Positions 1 to 9,439 of a DNA stretch of 64,000 bases are shown one piece after another. The stretch covers positions 192,001 to 256,000 of the forward strand of contig JBBRLQ010000006.1 of assembly GCA_038231275.1 (NCBI GenBank). The letters run 5' to 3'. The DNA comes from Polyangiales bacterium (GTDB lineage: Bacteria; Myxococcota_A; Polyangia; Polyangiales; Polyangiaceae). How positions within the stretch are numbered: the first letter of the stretch is position 1; the number at the start of each line of letters is the position of its first letter. A program made the translations under genes and the position numbers. Under the pieces are notes generated by a model. It worked only from the letters and a program-made list of their open reading frames with translations. It had not been told where the DNA came from and did not search any database.

Positions 1-1328
1 TCGCCGGGCTGGAGCATCGCCTCGATCTGCTCGAGCTCGCGGTGGAACGCGTCTTCCACCGAGCTCACGACGAACGGAACTCCGAGCTCCTTCGCCGCCG
101 CCTCGGCCGCTGCACGCGTCTCCGTCGACGAGTACCGCGTCGGCATGAAGAAGGCGCGCAGCATCTCGGCGGCCTTGGCGGCGCGCGCGCCTTCGGTCTC
201 CGATGCGAAGCGCGTGTCGACGTAGCGACGCGCGAGGATGAGGCAGAGGAGGCTGTCGCGGCCGCCGGAGAGCGCGACGCCGATCGTCTTGAAGGCGCCG
301 GTCTTCTCGAAATAGTCGCCGATGCCGAGCGCGAGCGCGTCGAGCAGCTCTTCGCAGAACTCGGCGCGCGGGCTCTTGCGAGTGGAATCGACGGGCAGGA
401 AGAAGCTCGCGCCGGGCGGCGACGGGTACGACAGCGTGCCGGTGCCCGCCGTCGAGCCCTCGACCTTCAGGTGCCGCACCGCCGGGGTCGTCTGGCTGAA
501 GACCTCCTGATCGGTCCGCCACGTCGTGTTCTCGGTGCGTAGGCGACGGGTTCGGTCGAGATCCACCGTCACCGAAGCGAAGCCCTCGCGGAAGCGCGGC
601 GCGTCGAGGAGCAAGCGGCCGTTTTGCGCGACGATGCCGCCGCCGTCGAAGATGAGCCCGTCGTTCGCGCCGACGAGGTTCGCGTATGCGACCGTGCACT
701 GGTTGTCGCCGGCGCGCGTGGCGAGCATCTCGCGGCGGGTCGCGGTGACACCGAGGCGGAACGGCGACGCCGACACGTTGACGACGATCTCCGCGCCGGC
801 GTACGAGCGGCGGCGCATCGGGCCGTCGGGCGACCACACGTCCTCGCAGACCTCGAGGCCCATCGTGCCGAAGTCGAGATCGAAGACGACGTCGCCGAAC
901 GGGATGCCGTCGATCTCGTCGAAGAGACCGACCGCGCCGCGGGCGAAGACGCGCGCCTCGTAGAAGACGTTGTAGGTGGGGAGCTTCTCCTTCGGGACGA
1001 GGCCGTGGACCTTGCCGCGGTGGACGAGCGCCGCGCAGTTGTAGAGGTGTGCGCTGCGCGCGACGGTGACACCGATGACGAGGACCGACGAGAGGTGCGC
1101 CGTCTCTTTCGCGAAGCGGCGAAGCTCCACCAGCTGCGCGTCGACGAAGCCGCGCCACTGCGCGAGATCCTCGGGCGAGTAGCCGCCGATGCACTGCTCG
1201 GGGAGCGCGACGATCGTGGCGCCATCGGCGGCGGCGGCGCGCGCGATGCGAACGGCGCGGTCGACGTTCGAGCGCGTCGCGCCGACGGTGGCGTTGACGC
1301 TGGCGACGGCGAGTCGGACGAGCCTCAT
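1..1328 (-). CDS. nadE: Glutamine-dependent NAD+ synthetase (3' end runs off the window)
   Basis: Not in the ORF track; read manually from ATG at 1328 (MRLVRLAVASVNATVG...). Nitrilase-domain motifs LPEQCIGGY, PKEKLPTYNVFYE and EVCEDVW, plus synthetase motif ALSGGRDS. ATGA overlap with the pncB stop. Confidence 0.93.
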   Translation of the reverse strand, partial: MRLVRLAVASVNATVGATRSNVDRAVRIARAAAADGATIVALPEQCIGGYSPEDLAQWRGFVDAQLVELRRFAKETAHLSSVLVIGVTVARSAHLYNCAALVHRGKVHGLVPKEKLPTYNVFYEARVFARGAVGLFDEIDGIPFGDVVFDLDFGTMGLEVCEDVWSPDGPMRRRSYAGAEIVVNVSASPFRLGVTATRREMLATRAGDNQCTVAYANLVGANDGLIFDGGGIVAQNGRLLLDAPRFREGFASVTVDLDRTRRLRTENTTWRTDQEVFSQTTPAVRHLKVEGSTAGTGTLSYPSPPGASFFLPVDSTRKSPRAEFCEELLDALALGIGDYFEKTGAFKTIGVALSGGRDSLLCLILARRYVDTRFASETEGARAAKAAEMLRAFFMPTRYSSTETRAAAEAAAKELGVPFVVSSVEDAFHRELEQIEAMLQPG

Positions 1329-2737
1329 ACGTGTGCCTCTCGGGTGAGCGCCTCGATCTGAGCGACGAGGCCGTCGGAGGCTACCAGCGTTCGCGCGGGG
1401 GCGCCCTCGAGCGCGCGCATTCGAGGGTCGAGCGCCTCCACCTGGCTCCGGACGTGCGCGCGCGTCGCGTCGAGGGACGGCAGCGGCGCGATCGGCGCGC
1501 TTCCCCGCCACACCGGCGCGAGCAGCGGCGCGCCGCCCGCGGGGACCGACTCGCCCTCGAGGGCCACCAGATCGTGATCGGCGTAGCGATGCGCCTGGAT
1601 CTCACCAGGCAGCGTCGCCTTGCCGGAGCCCTTCGCCATCTTCATCGTGATCTTGCCGTAGCCGTTCACGACGAGCTTGGCGACCGCGCCGATGCCGGTC
1701 GCCGCGTCGGGCGAGCACGTGATGTTCTCGCCGACGCCGAAGCCGTCCGCGACGACCGAGAGCTCCTTCACCTTGGCCTCGTCGAGGCCGTCGGAGGCGT
1801 AGATCTTCACGTGCGGCGCGCCGAGCTCGTCGAGCAGCGCGCGCGCGCGGGTGAGCGACGCGACCGCGACGTTCGAGTCGATGCGGATCGCGCCGAGCCG
1901 GCCGCCCGTCGCCTCGACGGCGTTTCGAATGCCGCGCTCGGTGTCGTACGTGTCCACGAGCATGGTCGTAGGGCCGGGAAAGGCGTTCGCATAGGCCTTG
2001 AAGAACTCGCGCTCGGTCTCGGTCGGCGACACGCCGGGGCGCTCGCTGGCCTGGATCGCGAAGTGATCCATCGTGCCCAGCGCGGGGACGCCATAGGTGA
2101 CGTATGCCGCGATGTTCGAGCTCGCGCTGACGCCCGCCACGTACGCCGCGTACGTCGCCTCCACCGCGGCGCTCGGGTGCGTGCGGCGCTGCCCGAACTC
2201 GATGACGACCTTGCCGCCCGCCGCGTCGACCACGCGCGCCGCCTTCGACGCGACCATCGACATGTGGTTCACGTAGCCGAGCCACGGCGTTTCGAGGAGC
2301 TTGGCGCGGACCATGTCGGTGCGTACGCGCAAGAGCGGCGTGTAGATCACGAGGCGCGCACCGGCGACGTCGAGGGGCTTGCCGTCGGTCCGAACTGCGG
2401 GACCCGCGAAGGCGAGCGTGCCCTCGGGCATCGCGTCGATCTCGCCGTGGAAGCCGTCGATCTCCGCGAGCGCCTTGCGCAGTAGCGGACGCGCGGCGAG
2501 CGCCGGTCCGAGCACCGGGTGCGTGTCGAGGGCCTCCATCTCCTGCGCGTCGATGCGCATCTGCGCGGCGTGCGCGAGGACGCTGCGAAGCCCACAAAAC
2601 ACGACGTAGCCGCGGGCCCGCGGCATCCGCCGGAAGAACACCGCCATCGACACCTTCTGGTCGAGGCGCCCTTCGTCGGCGTGGGCGACGAGCGTCGTCA
2701 GCTGGTAGGTGTCGATGCCGAGCGTGGCTCGCGTCAT
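1325..2737 (-). CDS. pncB: Nicotinate phosphoribosyltransferase
   Basis: DTYQLT start, EFGQRR, GTMDH, LVDTYD, IRIDS, ASDGLDE motifs; coupled to nadE. Confidence 0.9.
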   Translation of the reverse strand: MTRATLGIDTYQLTTLVAHADEGRLDQKVSMAVFFRRMPRARGYVVFCGLRSVLAHAAQMRIDAQEMEALDTHPVLGPALAARPLLRKALAEIDGFHGEIDAMPEGTLAFAGPAVRTDGKPLDVAGARLVIYTPLLRVRTDMVRAKLLETPWLGYVNHMSMVASKAARVVDAAGGKVVIEFGQRRTHPSAAVEATYAAYVAGVSASSNIAAYVTYGVPALGTMDHFAIQASERPGVSPTETEREFFKAYANAFPGPTTMLVDTYDTERGIRNAVEATGGRLGAIRIDSNVAVASLTRARALLDELGAPHVKIYASDGLDEAKVKELSVVADGFGVGENITCSPDAATGIGAVAKLVVNGYGKITMKMAKGSGKATLPGEIQAHRYADHDLVALEGESVPAGGAPLLAPVWRGSAPIAPLPSLDATRAHVRSQVEALDPRMRALEGAPARTLVASDGLVAQIEALTREAHV

Positions 2738-2741
2738 CGCG

Positions 2742-4610
2742 TCATTGTAAGCGTTCGCGAATCAGGGCGCGCAGATTCTGGGGCAACGGCGGCTTGTCGA
2801 GCCGGGTGTTGGGCACGGCGTCGAGGAACGCCTTCGCGCGCGGCGTGAAGGCGCCGCCCGTGAAGAAGATCACCGTCTCCGCGATCTGCGGGTGGGTGCG
2901 CCGGAGCTCGACGTAGAAATCCATGCCGGTCATCTCCGGCATCATCAGATCGCAGAAGATGACGTCGAACGCGTCGCCCCGTCGCAGCCACGCGAGCGCC
3001 TCGCGCGCATCGGTGGCCGTGGTCACGTCGTGCTCGCGGCTCAGCATGCGCCGTATCGACGTGCAGACCAACGGCTCGTCGTCGAGGACGAGGACGCGCC
3101 CGCGCCGTGCGGAGCCCTCGACCGAGGGGGCGTTCGGAGGAGGCTCGACCGTGCGCGGCGGCGCGGCGGTGAGGCGGACGCGAAACGTCGTGCCGACACC
3201 GAGCTCGCTCTCGACCTCGATCTCGCCGCCGAGGCTGGAGACGATGCCGTGGCAGACCGCGAGGCCCAGGCCGGTGCCGACGCCGACCGGCTTCGTCGTG
3301 AAGAACGGATCGAAGAGGCGCGGCACGTGCTCGGGAGAGATGCCGCCGCCGGTGTCGCGCACCTCGACGACGATCTCGCCTCCTCGCTCACGGAGGGCGA
3401 CGCTGATCTCGTTGGTGGCGGCGGCTCCTTCCGGGATGGCCTGCGCCGCGTTGACGAGCAGGTTCAAGAAGACCTGTCCGAGGCGCCCCTCGTTCGCGAG
3501 AACTGGCGGGACGTCCGAAAAATCGCGTACGAGCTGCGCGCGGTGACGGATCTCGTTGTACGCCATGTTGATCGCCGACTCGAGGACGCGGCGCACGTCG
3601 GCGAGGCCGGAGCCCTCCTCGTCGGCGCGCGAGAACGTCTTCAGATCGCGCACGATCACGCGCACGCGCTCGGCGCCGTCGCGCGCCTCGTCGATGGCCT
3701 GCCGCACCTCGCGCACCGCAGAGCTCGTCGGCATTCGCGCGAGCTCTTCGGCCGCGAAGCCGAGGTTCGCGGTGATGTAGGCGAGGGGGTTGTTGATCTC
3801 GTGCGCCACGCCCGCCGCGAGGGTGCCGACGCTCGCCATGCGATCGGCGAACAAGAGGCGCGTCTGCATCTGGTTGCGCTCGGTGAGGTCACGCGCGACC
3901 GTCGCGACCGCCGGATGATCGTCGAGCGATACCGGGATGCCGACGATCTCGCTCTGGACGATCTTTCCGTCGCGGCGAACGAAGCGACACGGGCGTGCTC
4001 CCGCCGTGACGCCGCGCTCGACGAGGCTCCGCACCTCCACCCACGTCGTGGCGAGCGACTCGCCGTCGACGATGTCCGCGACCGGCCTCGCGACGAGCTC
4101 GAGGCGCAGATCGTAGCCGAGCATCGTCACGGCGGCAGGGTTCACGTAGAGGAGGACGCCGCGCGAATGGACGAGGATCGCGTCGGGCGATCCCTCGATG
4201 AGCATCCGGAAGCGCGACTCGCTGTGGCGCAGCTCGGCGATCGCGCGCGCGCGTTCGAGCGCGTAGCGGACCGCGCGATCGAGCAGCGGCGCGGTGAGCT
4301 GCTCGGCCAGGAGGACGTCGGACGCGCCGATCGCGATGGCGTCGGCCTCCATCGCGGGGTCGGGCTTGTCGCAGATGAGGATGACGGGCGCGGCGCCCCC
4401 GCGGCTCAGCGCCTCGCGCAAGATGCCGTTCCCGTCGCGATGCGCGCCGTGACGCAGGAGGACGATCTCGCACGCGCGGTTCAGCCAGGCGTCGACCTGC
4501 GGCTCCCGGCACCACTCGAGCGGGAACGTAGGGAAGGCCGCCGCCACGAGCTCGTGGCCGCTCTCATCCCCCCCCACGAGGAGGAGCCGAATCGCGCGTC
4601 CACCCGTCAT
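2742..4610 (-). CDS. Hybrid sensor histidine kinase (degenerate REC-PAS-HisKA-HATPase-REC)
   Basis: H-box AHEINNPL, N-box QVFLNLLVNA, DTGGG, FFTTK, GTGLGL; C-terminal REC (LDDE...CDLMMP...KP); PAS YVNPA. Confidence 0.92.
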   Translation of the reverse strand: MTGGRAIRLLLVGGDESGHELVAAAFPTFPLEWCREPQVDAWLNRACEIVLLRHGAHRDGNGILREALSRGGAAPVILICDKPDPAMEADAIAIGASDVLLAEQLTAPLLDRAVRYALERARAIAELRHSESRFRMLIEGSPDAILVHSRGVLLYVNPAAVTMLGYDLRLELVARPVADIVDGESLATTWVEVRSLVERGVTAGARPCRFVRRDGKIVQSEIVGIPVSLDDHPAVATVARDLTERNQMQTRLLFADRMASVGTLAAGVAHEINNPLAYITANLGFAAEELARMPTSSAVREVRQAIDEARDGAERVRVIVRDLKTFSRADEEGSGLADVRRVLESAINMAYNEIRHRAQLVRDFSDVPPVLANEGRLGQVFLNLLVNAAQAIPEGAAATNEISVALRERGGEIVVEVRDTGGGISPEHVPRLFDPFFTTKPVGVGTGLGLAVCHGIVSSLGGEIEVESELGVGTTFRVRLTAAPPRTVEPPPNAPSVEGSARRGRVLVLDDEPLVCTSIRRMLSREHDVTTATDAREALAWLRRGDAFDVIFCDLMMPEMTGMDFYVELRRTHPQIAETVIFFTGGAFTPRAKAFLDAVPNTRLDKPPLPQNLRALIRERLQ

Positions 4611-4695
4611 GTCGCGAGAGCACTATAGAGCAGAAGGCGCTCGACCGTGGCGGGCAAACGTCCCGCGCGACGACGCGACGGAGAGGAGCGCCCGC

Positions 4696-5586
4696 TCATC
4701 CGAGGGCGGCAACGAGCTGACGGTAGACGCCGACGTGCGCCGCGACGCTCTCGTCGATCCTCCGGTGGTAACCGCCCCCCAGCGTCACCACGCACGGCAC
4801 GCCAAGCCGCTCGACCGTCCGAAAGACGCGGCGGTTCCTCTCCTCGAGCCCTGCGTGGGAGAGGGCCATTCTCCCGAGACGATCGCCGCGGAGGCCGTCG
4901 ACGCCGGCTTGGTAAAAAACCAGGTCCGGGCGGTGCGCCGTCACTTGCTCGAGCGCCGCGTCGAGCGCCGCGAGGTAGGCGTCGTCCTCGCACCCGTCGC
5001 CGAGGCCGACGTCGAGGGAGCTCTGCTCTTTCCGGAACGGATAGTTCTTCTCGCCGTGGAGGCTCAACGTGAAGACGTCGGGGTCGGAGGCGAAGATCGC
5101 CGCGGTGCCGTTCCCTTGATGAACGTCGAGGTCGACCACGGCGATCTTGCGAACGCCGTGATCGCGTTGCGCCACGCGCACGGCCACTGCGATGTCGTTG
5201 AAGACACAAAATCCCTCGCCGCGATCCTCGAAGGCGTGGTGAGTACCGCCTGCCAGGTGACCGGCCGCGCCGTGCTGGACGGCCCAGGCGAGGGCGCACA
5301 ACGTCCCGCCCACACTGCGCCTCGCGCGCTGCACGAGCGACTCGGACCACGGAAAACCGAGGCGCCGGACTTGAGACGTCGCGAGTGAGCCCTCTTTCAC
5401 CGCCGTCACGTACGCCGGGCGATGCACGAGCGCGAGGTCCGAGAACGACGCCGGCGCGCCGAGCTGCAGGAGCGCCGCGTGGTCGCGCGAGAGGGCCTGG
5501 ACGATACGGTCGTACTTGCCGAGCGGGAACTTGTGCCCGGCGGGCAGCATCAAGTCGTGGAGGTTTTCGGTCATGACGAGGCGCAC
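4696..5586 (-). CDS. Histone deacetylase family (Zn-dependent amidohydrolase) protein
   Basis: GHKFP, GGTHHA, GFCVFND, DLDVHQGNGT, QAGVD, GGGY motifs. Confidence 0.93.
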   Translation of the reverse strand: MRLVMTENLHDLMLPAGHKFPLGKYDRIVQALSRDHAALLQLGAPASFSDLALVHRPAYVTAVKEGSLATSQVRRLGFPWSESLVQRARRSVGGTLCALAWAVQHGAAGHLAGGTHHAFEDRGEGFCVFNDIAVAVRVAQRDHGVRKIAVVDLDVHQGNGTAAIFASDPDVFTLSLHGEKNYPFRKEQSSLDVGLGDGCEDDAYLAALDAALEQVTAHRPDLVFYQAGVDGLRGDRLGRMALSHAGLEERNRRVFRTVERLGVPCVVTLGGGYHRRIDESVAAHVGVYRQLVAALG

Positions 5587-5642
5587 GACAGAACTTTAGG
5601 GCGGCTTGGAACTTTTCGCCTCCCCGCGAGGTCGAACCCACG

Positions 5643-6509
5643 ATGACGAAGCTCCCTTCGGTAGCCCAGGTGTACGGTCTTCCGACGGCCCCCGGGCAGA
5701 TCGTGACGCTTCGCAGCACGGTTCGGACGGCCGACGGCATCGCCCTGACGCCGATCGATCTATTCGACCTCGGCGCGGGCGGGCTTCGCCTCGTGGACGA
5801 CGATCCACTCCACCAGGTGGCGCGCGTCGAGGACGCGGGGACCTATGGGGCGGCGTGCGCGGCGGCTCACGTCCCCTCCCCGTGCCTCGCGCCGAAGATC
5901 GACGCGCTCGCGCACACGCACCTCCTCACGCCGGAAGAGCTCGCGAGGACACTCGTCGGTGAAGTGGAGATCGACGCCGTGGTCGTCCACCCCACGATCG
6001 TGGCGCCTTCGCCGCTCGAAGTGGACGCGATCCCGTGGCCCGTCGTTGCATGCGGCGGCGTGCTCGCGGCGATTGCGATCGCGGTCGGGGTGCGTGCGTT
6101 CGTTCGTGGTCGGCCCCTCGCCCACGTCCTCGGCGCCGCGCGCGCCGCGCGGAAGGCGACGCGAAAGGACGCGACGCTCGCGGACGTGCGGAGCAAAATC
6201 GACGATCTGGTCCTCTACGCGCGCCTCGCCGATCGCGTCCGTCGCGACTGCGCGGCGCGTCACGCGCGGATCGATCGCGACGCGCTGGCGGCCGGCCTCC
6301 CCGCCGAGCGCGAAGAGGCGGGGCGCCTCGAGCGAGATCTCGCCCGCGCGAAGGGCGATCTTTCGCGCGTCGCGTCGGCGCTGCGCCTCGTCACGATGCA
6401 AGCGCGTGAAGGGCGTGCGCGCGCGACGACGCCCGATCCGGTGGCCGAGCTCACCGCCGAGCTTGCGATGCGCGACGAAGCCTTCGCCGAGCTGCACGCG
6501 TCCGAGTGA
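5643..6509 (+). CDS. Hypothetical protein with one transmembrane helix and a C-terminal coiled-coil region
   Basis: ORF with GC3-biased codons; hydrophobic stretch WPVVACGGVLAAIAIAVGV; helical C-terminus. Confidence 0.65.
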   Translation: MTKLPSVAQVYGLPTAPGQIVTLRSTVRTADGIALTPIDLFDLGAGGLRLVDDDPLHQVARVEDAGTYGAACAAAHVPSPCLAPKIDALAHTHLLTPEELARTLVGEVEIDAVVVHPTIVAPSPLEVDAIPWPVVACGGVLAAIAIAVGVRAFVRGRPLAHVLGAARAARKATRKDATLADVRSKIDDLVLYARLADRVRRDCAARHARIDRDALAAGLPAEREEAGRLERDLARAKGDLSRVASALRLVTMQAREGRARATTPDPVAELTAELAMRDEAFAELHASE

Positions 6510-6512
6510 CGC

Positions 6513-7559
6513 TCAGCCGCCCTCGTGGTGACGACGCCATCGCCAGCGCTCGATCGACTGGAGCGCCTCCTTCGGATGCCCGCCTGTCCCCTCGAAGCCG
6601 ACGAAATAGACGTGGTTGTCGTACCACCCGGTGACGAGCGCGTGCTGCCCGTCCGGCATCACCGCGATGCCGCTTCCGCGGTCCATGCCAGGCACCGTGA
6701 AGACGCGCGCGGTCCAATCGGTGGTGTCGACGACGCTGACGCTGTTCGTCTCCATGCCGTAGTCGGCGCTCCACACGAACTTTCCGTCCTTCGATACCTC
6801 GATGCTCTTCGGCGAGCTGCCGATCGGGACGCGGTGGACGATCTTCTCGGTCGCGACATCCATGACGTGCAACGTCGAGTCGTGGAAGCACGAGATGTAG
6901 AGGAGGCTCTCGTCCGGCGACAAAGCGAGGTGCCGCGGGATGAGGCACGCGGCGATGCGGTGGTGATCGGCGAAATCAACGCCGCCGTAGATGTCGATCG
7001 ACGCGCCGTTGAAGTTGGCGATGAAGAGCGTGCCGCTCTTGGTGACCACCGTGCCGCGCGGGTGCATTCCGGCCTTGAACGTCCGCAGGACCTTGCCGGT
7101 CGTCGGATCGATCTGCGTGACCGAGTTGCCGGTCCAGTTCGCGGCGAAGAGCATCGCGCCGTCGGCCGACATCGCGAGGATCTTCGGGTGCGAGCCGGTC
7201 GGGATCTCGCGCGTGACCTTCTTTGTCGCGACGTCGATGAACTGCACGCTGTTGCGCTGGAAGTTCGACGCGTAAATCGTCGTCCCGTCGGGCGAGAGCA
7301 AACTTTCGACCACGATGCCGGGGACGTTGATGGTGTCGATGAGGGCCAGCGTCTGCGTGTCGTAGACGGTGATGTTCTTGACGTTGGCCTGGCCGAAGTT
7401 CGTCACGTAGAAGCGTGACGCGTCGGGGGACAGGCTCGCCCCCTTCGGCATGACGCCGGTGGCGGCCACCTCTTGGACCTCGATGCGAGGAGAGCGCGCC
7501 GCGGCGTCTCCGGCGACGCAGGCGACGGCAAACAGGAGGGTGCCCGTCAGAGCGCGCAT
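6513..7559 (-). CDS. YncE/YVTN-type beta-propeller, secreted
   Basis: Signal peptide from MRALTG (AAGAGG RBS upstream); repeated SPDG..YVTN/ASNF/AANW blades. Confidence 0.85.
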   Translation of the reverse strand: MRALTGTLLFAVACVAGDAAARSPRIEVQEVAATGVMPKGASLSPDASRFYVTNFGQANVKNITVYDTQTLALIDTINVPGIVVESLLSPDGTTIYASNFQRNSVQFIDVATKKVTREIPTGSHPKILAMSADGAMLFAANWTGNSVTQIDPTTGKVLRTFKAGMHPRGTVVTKSGTLFIANFNGASIDIYGGVDFADHHRIAACLIPRHLALSPDESLLYISCFHDSTLHVMDVATEKIVHRVPIGSSPKSIEVSKDGKFVWSADYGMETNSVSVVDTTDWTARVFTVPGMDRGSGIAVMPDGQHALVTGWYDNHVYFVGFEGTGGHPKEALQSIERWRWRRHHEGG

Positions 7560-7563
7560 CCTC

Positions 7564-8238
7564 TTACTGCGGGAGGCTCGCTTCGACCACATCGTGCGTC
7601 GTGCGGTACCGGCGGTAGAACGTCGTCACCTTCACCACGTAGTCGCGCGTCTGCTGGTACGGCGGGATCCCGCCGTACCGCATCACCGCCTCGCCGCCCG
7701 CGTTGTACGCCGCGACCGTGAGCGAGAGATCGCCGTTGAAGTCGTTGGCGAGGATGCGGAGAAAGCGTACGCCGCCGAAGATGTTCTCGCGCGGATCGTC
7801 GATGTCCTTCACCTGGAGGCGATCGGCGGTGTCCGGCATGAGCTGCATCAGCCCGCGCGCGCCCGAGACGCTGACGGCGCGCGGATCGTAGTCGCTCTCC
7901 ACCTTGATGACGGCGCGGACGAGCTGCTCGGGGATCTGGTAGAGACCGGCGGCCTGGCGGATCCACTCGTCGTAGCGCGTGAAGCGCGCGACGTCCTTGT
8001 CCTGCGGCATGAAGGGCACGACGCCGGGGCGCACGCGCGGCGCGTCGTTCGACTTGAGGTAGACCTTCGCCTTCGCGCCCTTTGGCGGCAGGCTCGTGAA
8101 GTGCACGACGCCTTCTGCGTCGACGTAGCTGTAGATGTCGGCGGCGGCGGTGCCTCCCGTGACGACGGGCACGAGCAGGGCCACCAGGATGGCGACCGCA
8201 TGCTTCGCGAGGGTCCTGGGCGCCGGCATCATCCTCAT
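7564..8238 (-). CDS. Lytic transglycosylase (SLT) with N-terminal DUF4124-like domain
   Basis: IKVESDY catalytic Glu, GARGLMQLMP, AAYNAG; ADIYSYVDAEGVVHFT N-terminal domain. Start is uncertain (8238/8232/8229). Confidence 0.9.
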   Translation of the reverse strand: MRMMPAPRTLAKHAVAILVALLVPVVTGGTAAADIYSYVDAEGVVHFTSLPPKGAKAKVYLKSNDAPRVRPGVVPFMPQDKDVARFTRYDEWIRQAAGLYQIPEQLVRAVIKVESDYDPRAVSVSGARGLMQLMPDTADRLQVKDIDDPRENIFGGVRFLRILANDFNGDLSLTVAAYNAGGEAVMRYGGIPPYQQTRDYVVKVTTFYRRYRTTHDVVEASLPQ

Positions 8239-8307
8239 TGTCCCCGAATCCCATGGGGCGGTGCAACTCAGCGGCAAAACCTCCGAAACGTCCGGGTATT
8301 CCGTGGT

Positions 8308-8820
8308 ATGTCGCACATGGCCCTCATGACCTGGAACCTCCCGCTCGTCGTCACGGCCGGCGTGTTCGTCCTCTTCCTCTTGGTACGTCTGCGCCCCGCC
8401 CTGCCCGGGGGCAAACGGGTCAAGGCGGGTGCGCTCCGCGACGCCAAGAAGCGAATCGAGGAAGCGAAGGACGACGCATCTCGAGCGCTCGCGCTCGCCG
8501 ACGCCGGCGACGTCTGTGCGAAGAGCGTAGGGCGGACCACCGGCGCGATCGGCTACTACCTCCGTGCGATGCGGCTGAATCCGGCGTCGGCGGCCCTCGT
8601 CGAGCGCGCGGCGATCGCGCTCGCGAGGAGGCCGCACGCGCTCGAGTCGCTTCTCTGGCGACGGCTCGGCGCGGAGCCCTGGACCGGCGCGCGTGAGGAC
8701 GCCGCGCGCGCCGCGCTCGCGCAGCTCGTGCGATTGTACGACGGTCCACTCAAGAATCGCGTCCGCGCCCGCGCCTTCGAGAACGCGCTCGGTGCGCTGC
8801 CGCCACCCCGGGCGACGTGA
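8308..8820 (+). CDS. Hypothetical membrane-anchored helical (TPR-like) protein
   Basis: 3' part of ORF 7450..8820; N-terminal TM LPLVVTAGVFVLFLLV, AIGYYLRAMRLNP TPR-like segment. Confidence 0.65.
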   Translation: MSHMALMTWNLPLVVTAGVFVLFLLVRLRPALPGGKRVKAGALRDAKKRIEEAKDDASRALALADAGDVCAKSVGRTTGAIGYYLRAMRLNPASAALVERAAIALARRPHALESLLWRRLGAEPWTGAREDAARAALAQLVRLYDGPLKNRVRARAFENALGALPPPRAT

Positions 8821-8905
8821 ACGTCCCCTCCCCCGGTGTCCTACCGAGTGGGAGCGAACGCGGCGCCGGCCTCAAGTCGCAGCAGAAATGGCCGCACAGT
8901 AGGGC

Positions 8906-9439
8906 GTGACTCTCGCGCAACGCGACGCCAAGATGATGCCCGTGTCCTACCCGGACAGCGGACCTCGCCTCAAGCGCCACGCGCCCATCGTCTTCACGGG
9001 AGACGTGTTCGCCATCATCGACGACGGACGCGCCACTCCCGCCGAGTACGAAGAGGCCGAGCGGATCATCCACGTCGAGGGGCAGAAGCATGCGGGCGGG
9101 CTCGGCTGCGTCGTGATTGTCCCCGCCGGCGCCAAGCCGCCCCCCGAGGCGCAGCGCAACGCCATCGAAGGCGCGCTCACCCGAGTCGCGAAGTACGTGC
9201 GCGGCCTGGTGTGGGTGGTCGAAGGTCGTGGATTCCAAGCCGCCGCGGTCCGCGGCGTTCTCATCGGCTTGTCGCTCTACGGCCGGCGCCCGTACCCGAC
9301 GCACGTGAGCACGCAGCTCCACGACGCGCTCGGATGGCTCGCGACGAAGCTGGCCCGCGACATGGACGCCGCGGAGATGGAGCGCGCGGTGCAGAAGATC
9401 GCCAGGACGAGGGCCGAGTACTCCGAGCTGTCCTCCTAG
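8906..9439 (+). CDS. SpoIIAA/STAS-SEC14-like domain protein
   Basis: Pattern ...VIVPAGAKPP.EAQR...VWVVEGRGFQAAAVRGVL...PTHVSTQLHDALGWL, typical of myxobacterial STAS/SEC14-like proteins. Confidence 0.65.
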   Translation: MTLAQRDAKMMPVSYPDSGPRLKRHAPIVFTGDVFAIIDDGRATPAEYEEAERIIHVEGQKHAGGLGCVVIVPAGAKPPPEAQRNAIEGALTRVAKYVRGLVWVVEGRGFQAAAVRGVLIGLSLYGRRPYPTHVSTQLHDALGWLATKLARDMDAAEMERAVQKIARTRAEYSELSS

